Part shown: positions 55,860-64,000 of the stretch, one piece after another
How the letters are laid out: each line of letters starts with the position of its first letter
How positions within the stretch are numbered: position 1 is the first letter of the stretch
Assembly (NCBI GenBank): GCA_965226885.1
Contig: CBDDEL010000010.1
Location: 320,001-384,000 of the forward strand
DNA: 64,000 nt
Origin: Opitutales bacterium
GTDB lineage: Bacteria; Verrucomicrobiota; Verrucomicrobiia; Opitutales; UBA2987
Direction: 5' to 3'
Notes under the pieces: model-generated
What the model was told of the DNA's origin: nothing
Database searches by the model: none
Seen by the model: the letters and a program-made list of their open reading frames with translations, nothing else
Program-made: the position numbers and the translations under genes

Positions 55860-57187
55860 TGACGTGTACTGGATTTGTTGGACACGGGATTCTCTTATAT
55901 TCATTGTTTATTGATTAGTGTGTCAGGCGGCTTGTTTTGGTAAAGGGCTTTGTTTTCTCGTTGCCCCCCATGGGGGGCAAATATTTTCCTCGAATTGGAC
56001 TGGGCTTTGGTAACTCAGAGAGGAATGTTTGCGATATCGGTTGTAGAAGATTTCCACGTATTCGAAGACAGTTGATCGCAGTTCGCGCTCGTCGGCAAAG
56101 TGGCGGCCTCGAATCGTGCTGGTCTTGAAGCGGCCGTAGAACGATTCCATGGCCGCGTTGTCGTAGCAGTTGCCTTGGGCGCTCATGCTCGGCTTCATGC
56201 CTAGTTCAGAGACCAGCCTCTGATAGTCGTCGCTGGCGTAGGGGCTGCCCCGATCGCTGTGATGAATAATCCCGGTGCGCAGTGTGCCGCGGGTCATGGC
56301 CGCGGCTTTGAGGGCCTTGCCAACCAGCTTCGCGTCGTTGTGGTTGGAAACGCTCCAGCCCAGCAGGCGTCGGCTGAACAGGTCCATCACCGTGGCCAAG
56401 TACATCCAACCGGCCAGGGTCCGTAGGTAGGTCGTGTCCGCCACCCAGACCTCGTCGATATGGGTCGGCTGGCCATGCTTTTTAAGCACATTGGGGCTGT
56501 AACCATAGGGATGGTTACTGTTGGTTTTTAATGGCTTAAAGCGTTTACTCTGGGTGCTTTTGATTCCCATTTCACGCATCAGACGCAGAGCCCGGTCACG
56601 GCCGCAATCGATGCCCTCATCATCCTTCAGATGGCGGTGCATTGGCCGATGCCCATAGCGGCCCTTGGCCTCTTTGTGTACCTTCAGGATCGCCCCCTTG
56701 ATTCCCTCGTCCTCGATCCGCCGGGCCGAGGGCGCTCGGTGCCTCCAGCAGTAATAGCCACTGCGACAAATCCCCATCGCCGAGCATATTTCCTCGATCT
56801 TGAAGCGCCCCTCGTTGTCTTTGACAAACTGGTACTTCATTGTTCGTCCTTGGCAAAGTAGCCCACCGTTTTTTTTAGTATCTGGTTGATCCGCTCCGAG
56901 CGGCGCAGCTCTTTGCGAAGACGATCTATCTCGGCCGCCATCTCCTTCGGACTGCTCTGTCGCTTTGAGGTGGCTTCGCCCTGCTGATCGTCCAGATAGA
57001 GCCTCTTCCACCTATACAATTGGTTGGTGTTGACCCCAAGTTTGGTCGATACCTCGGTGGCGCTCAGACCATCGAGTATCATCAGTTGAACTGCCTCATT
57101 TTTGAACTCTATACTAAAGCGTCTTCTTCCCATGCTTCGATTCTCCATTTAGGAGAATCTCGTGTCCACTTTTTCCAGTGCACATCA
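55860..57187 (-). mobile_element. IS3 type A, intact un-nested copy
   Basis: 1328 bp; orfA 56837-57148, orfB 55923-56840; no TSD (ATG vs CAC). Confidence 0.95.
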
Positions 57188-57331
57188 CACTCTTGGCGGT
57201 TCAGCCGGTTAGCATGACCGTTCATTCTCCAGCCATTTTGATAAACATAGCTCGCCGACAAACGTCCCGGAGAAATATTGTTAATCTAGTGCAAGTAAAT
57301 TTCAGTTATATTAGCGTACGCCCTGGAAATT

Positions 57332-57707
57332 TCATTTAATCGACCTGATGGGGCTCAAGAGGCTGGCGTAGTGCCGCTCCGTCACCATGTAACTATCCCC
57401 CAGGAACTGCGCCGCCGCCATCAAACCATCCCGTGTGGCAATCACGCTGCCGGCATGCTTGCGCAGCTCGTGTAGCCGATTGGTCCGCTCCGGGCTGGAG
57501 CCGCCCCCCTCACCCTCCCCCCTCACCCTCCCCGCAAGCATGCGAAAAAATCTGCCAAGCCTGAGCCCTTGCGGCCCGCTCCTCATATTTACCTGTGGCC
57601 CGCCAAAAACTCTTGCCCTTGAAACGGAACCGCACATGATACACCCTAGGCTTCCCCTTCTGGAAGACATTCAAATTGTTTTGTCCGAACGATATCAACC
57701 CTCTCAT
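57332..57707 (-). pseudogene. Internally deleted tyrosine integrase remnant
   Basis: Arm-like N-terminus (VYHVRFRFKGK) joined to LHELRKH...FLGD...TERHY; split by a 13-bp duplication. Confidence 0.75.
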
Positions 57708-57841
57708 AATAACACGCTTTATAGCACAATACAAAGGTAATAAAACACACAAATCCCAACAATACTGACGACATTAAATTTCTTAACTCACTCTCAAACA
57801 ACGACAAAGCCGCATAGAATAGCGGAAAGTTAATTGCCAGG

Positions 57842-57917
57842 GCCTCCGTAGCTCAGTTGGTAGAGCAGGTGACTCTTAATCACTTGGTCGAAGGTTCGAG
57901 TCCTTCCGGGGGTACCA
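57842..57917 (+). tRNA. tRNA-Lys(CTT)
   Basis: 76-nt cloverleaf, anticodon loop CT-CTT-AA, GGTTCGA T-arm, encoded CCA. Confidence 0.96.
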
Positions 57918-59881
57918 TTGATATTCAATGGGTTATGCCTTTTTATCGTTACTGGTTACTGGAAAAAATACTACTGTCCGGTTTTATAGGTTCCGCAAAT
58001 TGTAGTTTTGCCACCCCAGAAGTGTTGGTTTGCACGCCACTGAGGGTTGAATGGGATCACTTTTTGAATTGGCCGACAGAGTTCGATAATTTTTTTTCTC
58101 ACTAACCCAACCACTTAAACTTGGGTTGAGAAAATTTCTCACGAATGACCTAGGCCTTTTTCATGTGTCCGGGGTTGACCAAGGAATGCCTTTACCGCAA
58201 TACGCTGTCATAGAAGGAAAAATATTGAGCACAATATCTAGCTAACACTGATGGGATCTCCTTCGTCGAAAGTTTCTTAACCCGGATATTTCGTAAAAAA
58301 AGTATCGTTGATATGCTTAACTGCTGATATACAGCAGGATAGATCAATAATTAAAGCAATATCAGCGATGACAAAAGGTAAACAATTAAAGCTACAGTTG
58401 ACAAGGGTAAAAGGCCGCCGTGTGCGGGTTGATTTCAAGGGCGGAGAGGTTACTTCGGATGCCGGACTGCTTTTGATCCGGGAAGTGGATCGGCAGTTGG
58501 GCTTGACCGAACGAGCGGCCCGACAGTTAGTGGACAAACGGCAGAAGGGCAAAGTACGCCATGAGGTCTTGGGGATGCTGCGGCAGCGCGTTTACGGGCT
58601 GGTGGCGGGCTATGAGGATTTGAACGACTTTGATACCCTGCGCCACGATCCATTGTTGCAAACGGTAACGGGGCGCATTGAAACGTTGGCCAGCGCGCCG
58701 ACTTTGTGTCGTTTTGAAAACGGGCAGGATCGGCGGGCGGCCTTTGCGGTAAACGAGCTGTTGGTCGAACAGTTCATGGGCTCCTTTGCCGAGGAACCCG
58801 AAGAGATCATCCTGGACTTTGACGCCACCGACAATCCGGTGCACGGGCTCCAGGAGGGACGTTTTTTCCACGGTTATTATGATCATTACTGTTTTCTGCC
58901 GCTATATGTTTTTTGCGGTGATCAGCTGCTGGTGGCCTACCTGCGGCCGAGCAAGATCGATGCCAGCAAGCATGCCGGGGCCATCCTCAAATTGCTGGTT
59001 AAACGGATTCGCCAAAGCTGGCCCCGTACGCGGATTATTTGGCGCGCCGACAGTGGATTTTGTCGAGACCGGATACTCTCTTGGTGCGACCGCAACGAAG
59101 TTAGTTACATCGTGGGGATGGCTCGCAATGCACGCTTGCAGCAAGACGCCCAGCAGTTGCAAAAGCAGGCCAAAGAATGGTTCGAACTAAGGGGTAAAAA
59201 ACAACGGTTATTCCAGGACTTCGTCTATGCTGCCGATTCGTGGCGATGGCTGCGGTTGGTCATCCATAAAGCCGAACACACCGCACAGGGGTCCAACCCG
59301 CGCTTCGTGGTGACGAACCTGCCGGGCGATCCCCAGGAGCTTTACGACAAGGTATACTGTGGCCGCGGTGAAATGGAGAACCGAATCAAGGAACAGATGC
59401 AATTGTTCAGCGAGCGCACCAGCGCCCATCAATGGTGGGCCAATCAGTGGCGATTGCTCTTGTCGGCGCTGGCCTACACCTTGATGGAAGCCATGCGCCG
59501 GTTAGCCTTAAAAGGGACGAAGTGGGCGCGGGCCCAATGCCACACCCTGCGGCTCAAATTAATCAAGATCGGAGCGGTCATCGTGCGCAACACCCGAACG
59601 ATTCACTTTCACCTAAGTGAGAGTTATCCTTGGGCCAGTCTTTTCAACCATGCGGCCCGCCGATTGGTGCCAACCTAAAGGGTGCATTGGTGCTGCCCCC
59701 GGCACTACCGAACCAATGGGGGAAAGGGGGCAGTGTCTCTACACCCTGAAAAACACCTAAAAATCAAGACGATCTGCTCAAAATACAAAGAAATCCATCT
59801 CCAATAGTGTAAACGCCGGGGAAAAACCGGTACGGTAAAGAGGGCGCTTTAAAACCGGTACGCTTATCCTAGAAAGGAGGA

Positions 59882-61387
59882 GTGTATCGAGATATGAAGC
59901 AATGGACAAGAGTGCGGCACAAAGTGCTGCGGGACAAGCAGAGCAAGCGCTCTGTAATGCGAGAAGAGGGACTGCACTGGGAGACCCTGGGAAAGATGCT
60001 GGCCTATTCCCAGCCGCCGGGATACCGGCGCAAGAAGAGGCGAGAGCGCAAGATCGATCCGTATGTGGGCTGGATCGAGGAGGTGCTCAAAGCGGACCGG
60101 AACGTGCCCAAGAAGCAGCGCCATACGGCCAAACGGATCTACCAGCGTTTGGGTCGGAAGAAGGGCTACCAAGGGGGCTACACGGCGGTCAAGGAGGTGG
60201 TGGCCGAGCTGCGAGCGAGGCGGCGGGAAGTGTTCGTGCCGCTGGAGCACCGCCCCGGGGAGGGACAGGTGGACTTCGGTCATGCCCTGGTGAAGGAGGC
60301 GGGGCAATTGCGTAGGCGGCCATTTTTTGCCATGAGCCTGCCCTACAGCGATGCCTTTTTCGTGCAGGTGTTCGAACGGGAGTGCACGGAGAGCTTCTGG
60401 GAGGGGCACCTGCGAGCTTTTGAGTTTTTCGGGGCGGTGCCCCGGCGCATCAGCTATGACAACTCGAAGGTGGCGGTGGGTAAGATTATCGGTTCGCGTG
60501 AACGCAAGCTGACCGACGGGTTTCTGCAGCTACAGAGCCATTACCTGTTCGAGGAACACTTCTGTCTGCCCGCCCGGCCCAACGAGAAGGGCGTGGTCGA
60601 GGGGATCGTGCGTTATGCCCGGGCCAACTTCCTGGTACCGGTACCGCAGGTTCGGGACCTGGAGGAACTCAACGCAAAGCTGTTGGAGGCATGTGAGCGG
60701 GACATGGAGCGTAAATTACGCGGGAAAAGGGCGGTGAAAAAGGAACTGCTGGCCGAGGAGCGCGCCGTCATGCTGGCGTTGCCGCCCATACCCTTTGAAG
60801 CGAGCCGCAAACGCTCGACCTGCGTCAGCAGCCTCTCGCTGGTGCGCTTCGAGTGCAACGACTATTCGGTGCCGGTGCGCTGCGCCCACCATCCGGTGGT
60901 GGTGGAAGGGTCCTGTCGGCAGGTGGTGATCTTCTGTGGGGGCCAAGAGGTGGCCCGGCACCGCCGCATTTGGGATAAAGAGCAAGTCTCTTTCGAGCCG
61001 GTGCACTACCTGGCTTTGCTGGAGAAAAAACCGGGCGCTTTGGACTTCGCCCGCCCACTCTCGGGCTGGCAGTTGCCGCAGTGCCTGCAGGTCCTCAGAC
61101 GCCGGCTCGAAAGCCAATGCGGGGGCGAAGGCACCCGGGAGTATATCCGGGTGCTGCGGCTGTTGGAGAAACACCCCATGGCGGCCTTGCAGCAGGCCGT
61201 CGTCTCGGCCCTGCGGGAGGGGGGACTGACTCGTGAGGCCATCGCCCAGTATCTCTATCCTCAGGAAGACTACGGGAGCAGAACCTTCCGGCTGGACGGC
61301 CATCCACACCTGCGTCACGTCCGTGTGGCCGCCCCTGACCTCGGTGCCTACAGCGAACTGCTCAAGATTCCAGGAGGGGCTTTATGA
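59882..61387 (+). CDS. istA: IS21 transposase IstA
   Basis: 501 aa; DDE motifs; ATGA overlap with istB. Confidence 0.93.
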   Translation: MYRDMKQWTRVRHKVLRDKQSKRSVMREEGLHWETLGKMLAYSQPPGYRRKKRRERKIDPYVGWIEEVLKADRNVPKKQRHTAKRIYQRLGRKKGYQGGYTAVKEVVAELRARRREVFVPLEHRPGEGQVDFGHALVKEAGQLRRRPFFAMSLPYSDAFFVQVFERECTESFWEGHLRAFEFFGAVPRRISYDNSKVAVGKIIGSRERKLTDGFLQLQSHYLFEEHFCLPARPNEKGVVEGIVRYARANFLVPVPQVRDLEELNAKLLEACERDMERKLRGKRAVKKELLAEERAVMLALPPIPFEASRKRSTCVSSLSLVRFECNDYSVPVRCAHHPVVVEGSCRQVVIFCGGQEVARHRRIWDKEQVSFEPVHYLALLEKKPGALDFARPLSGWQLPQCLQVLRRRLESQCGGEGTREYIRVLRLLEKHPMAALQQAVVSALREGGLTREAIAQYLYPQEDYGSRTFRLDGHPHLRHVRVAAPDLGAYSELLKIPGGAL

Positions 61388-62208
61388 AGGAAGAAAAAAA
61401 CCAGCTGCTGTTACACCATCACCTCAAGAAACTGAAGTTGCCCACCATCCTGCGCGAATGGCCGGCGGTGACCCCGAAGAAACGGATCCGCCGGCCCTGG
61501 GCACAGGCGGCAAAGCCCAGGGCGGTGGCCAGGTGCGTTTTACCGGTACCGGCGTTACCGAGGAGCAGCACGTTTTCGCGCTGGTCGACATACTCCCCGC
61601 GCATGAGCTCTCGGATGAGCGCTTCGTTGATCGAGGGCTGCGCTTCAAAGGCGAAGCTCTCGAGGGTCTTGAGCACGGGGAAACGGGCGTTTTTGATCCG
61701 CCGCTGGGCGGCCCGCTGTTCGCGTTCAATGAGCTCCCGTTCGACCAGATGCAACAAAAAGGCGGCGTAATCGAGCCGGTCCCGGGAACAAGCCGCGGCC
61801 ACCGCCCTGGGCTTTGCCGCCTGTGCCCAGGGCCGGCGGATCCGTTTCTTCGGGGTCACCGCCCTGGTTACCCATATGCTCGAGCAACGCGACAACCACG
61901 ACCTGCAGCGCTTCATGAAGCAACTCGAAAGGCTCGACCTACTCATCCTCGACGAACTCGGTTACGTCCCTTTTTCCAAGACCGGTTCCGAACTGCTCTT
62001 CGACGTGGTCAGCCGCGCTTACGAGCGCACCAGTCTCATCGTCACCACCAACCTGCCCTTTGAGAACTGGATCGAAGTGCTCGGTTCCGAACGGCTCACC
62101 GGAGCTCTGCTGGACCGACTCACCCATCGGGTGCATATCCTCGAAGCCAACGGGCAAAGCTACCGCTTGCGCGATGCTCGACGCCGTCGCCGTGGCACAA
62201 AACAATAA
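61384..62208 (+). pseudogene. istB: IstB disrupted by an internal inversion/duplication
   Basis: 61464-61806 is the reverse complement of the istB middle; 57 bp longer than the intact copy. Confidence 0.92.
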
Positions 62209-62712
62209 ACGCCTTGGGCCCGGCTCGTCGGCCTCCGGCCTCCTCACCGACCCCAAGCCAATCCCCAAAACCAACTCCCAAACCCTAAACCTTGACGTAC
62301 CTGCAATTACTAACCTAGACCTTATTCCAAGCGTACCGGTTTTACCCCGACCCCCGTACCGGTTTCATCCCGGCGTTTACATCCAATAGCAATAACGAGC
62401 CAAACTTTACCCTTCATGAAATATCCGGGTTAACGCTTAAACCGATTACGGGCAGCTGTTGCCTGACCACTAAATCATGGTTTGAAAGTCCATAAAAGGG
62501 CCTTTGGACCCGATTCCCGATTATTGTCTCAAGTTGCCCTTTTTATTGGTCTCCAAAGGAGACCACGGTCCCGGCCATATTCAATTTACCCGGACTCTGG
62601 GTGATTACCGATTTAACCTCAAAATTTGATCACGAACAGGGTACCCTCAGACATAAAACGATGCAAATCCCCCCACTCACCAAATAATTTTTAGTAGCTG
62701 TGTATTTAAGTC

Positions 62713-63762
62713 ATGATAAAAAATATAATGACACAGGATCCTGAACTTTTCGAAAAAATTCACCACCAGGATGACATTATTCGGAATCGCAAAATGAATC
62801 TTAAAGTTGCCCGCGCTGAGAAATTTTTCAAGCAACGAGAGGCAAAGGCCAATGGCTCGAAAAATCCTCCGGTAAAAAAGCCAAAAAAGGAACCCGCGAC
62901 TACAGAGGAAAGAGCCAAAAAGAAGACCTCACTTACCCGCACCCTTCCGGCCCATGCCAAAATCGTTCAAGGGCCCCTTCTACGGCAATTTCAGGATGAT
63001 TCAGTAAACGGGAACGGCAATATGAAGACCGTGGAGTTTACAGCAGATGATGAAATGGATCTGTCCATGGAAATGCTCAATATTTTCCAGGGAGTTTCCG
63101 AAAAATTGCTCTCAGGCTCCAGTCTCGGTCCATTTAAGGCAGACTTTGTCAAATTATTCTCCACCCTTGATGAGAAAAACGCTCTTTTTGAGGCCATGCA
63201 TTTACTATATGAGAAGCATCGCCTGTTCCCGTTGTTAAAGGCCCGGGCACATGTAACAAGCTATCTTATAAAATGTGCCCAACGCCAGGACTTGACACCG
63301 GCTGAAGCGCTTGCCTTCTATAAAATTTTCGGCGATGAGAGCGCCTCGATCCGTGCATCATTGAAGGAATTCTCCGCCGCTCCACTTAAAGATGTTGAAG
63401 CCCTCCTGGAAAAAATCGATTCGAACGACGCAGGCAATCTACGCGATTTAGTAAAACAATTCGCTGGGACGACTCCGCAGGGCAGAGAAATCATCCGGAG
63501 AGTGTTCTATGAGCTCAAACTGAAGGTAGATAAAGCACAGGCAGCAGAAGAAAAGCCCTCCAATGAAAATGAACCCGAAACGGAATCAGACCAGGATCCT
63601 GCTGATCAAAACCAAGATTCCGGGAAGAAGGAGGAGACGATAATGACCGCTGAACCAGCAACAACGGTAGCAGCCGATCCGGAATGTCCTCCTTCAACCC
63701 CTCCATGCCAAGGGACTGGTAACATCAAAAATACCCGGCCTGCTGGCATCTTTGCGGCATGA
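62713..63762 (+). CDS. Hypothetical protein (349 aa)
   Basis: Long ORF; basic N-terminus, helical-looking core, acidic low-complexity tail; no family recognised. Confidence 0.65.
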   Translation: MIKNIMTQDPELFEKIHHQDDIIRNRKMNLKVARAEKFFKQREAKANGSKNPPVKKPKKEPATTEERAKKKTSLTRTLPAHAKIVQGPLLRQFQDDSVNGNGNMKTVEFTADDEMDLSMEMLNIFQGVSEKLLSGSSLGPFKADFVKLFSTLDEKNALFEAMHLLYEKHRLFPLLKARAHVTSYLIKCAQRQDLTPAEALAFYKIFGDESASIRASLKEFSAAPLKDVEALLEKIDSNDAGNLRDLVKQFAGTTPQGREIIRRVFYELKLKVDKAQAAEEKPSNENEPETESDQDPADQNQDSGKKEETIMTAEPATTVAADPECPPSTPPCQGTGNIKNTRPAGIFAA

Positions 63763-63789
63763 TTCAGGCGGCGACCCCTACAAACATCA

Positions 63790-63870
63790 CTTTTTTGGCC
63801 GAATCGAGCAAAAACATACTCTTTCCTGCTCTTTATATTAACGTTATCCTATTGACTATAAAATTTTATA
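63790..63870 (-). mobile_element. Decayed left-end remnant of the IS5/ISNCY-like element
   Basis: Diverged match to 5215-5296 (TTTTTTGGCCG.ATCGAGCAAAAAC...TTGACTATAAAAT). Confidence 0.7.
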
Positions 63871-64000
63871 ATATTAAATAACCACAAAGCTGAGTCATGG
63901 TGCTTCCTACCGTTGTTTCTTCCCGGTCAAATCTTCCTCCCGGACGACATAGGCCCTAATCACAGGCTGAGGTCCGAGACCCCTGGTAGCATTAATAAAG

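Larger units (their letters stand above)
59808..62381 (+). mobile_element. IS21-family element, copy 2
   Basis: 8-bp TSD TCCAATAG. Confidence 0.95.
58281..62429 (+). mobile_element. IS1380 (allele B) with IS21 nested in its 3' non-coding end
   Basis: TSD TTAA; transposase 58308-59678 intact; both IRs intact. Confidence 0.95.

Noticed and set aside
1..64000. Retron, DGR, group II intron or RNA-guided transposon (TnpB/IscB/IS110)
   Set aside because: No reverse transcriptase, RuvC/HNH nuclease or DEDD recombinase ORF recognised

Overview
Bacterial chromosomal window, most likely Verrucomicrobiota/Opitutae (inferred from an exosortase-EpsI fusion, a Trp-rich C-terminal surface domain and DUF5069). 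It shows a massive, recent IS expansion: about 28.8 kb (~45%) is IS DNA, in 20 complete or partial copies of 8 element types (three IS3 types, IS1380, IS21, IS630, IS1, IS5/ISNCY-like), plus four old decayed IS remnants. Many copies are nested. Host genes include pnuC and a NadR-type kinase, tkt, hisI, tRNA-Lys(CTT), SPFH, LUD, DUF885, two CoA ligases, an SDR and an aldolase; about 10 others are pseudogenes. The most unusual signal is at least 14 short head-to-tail tandem duplications (5-33 bp), mostly with 0-1 bp of junction microhomology. They frameshift an exosortase, a TlpA, a hybrid kinase (twice) and an integrase remnant, and they also mark individual IS copies, which suggests an active duplication-generating process. 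Also notable: an IS3::IS1380 nest that appears to have moved as one unit, a template-switch inversion that built a 67-bp inverted-repeat cassette inside istB, and a possible pseudoknot after the IS1380 stop codon. No CRISPR array or reverse transcriptase was seen.
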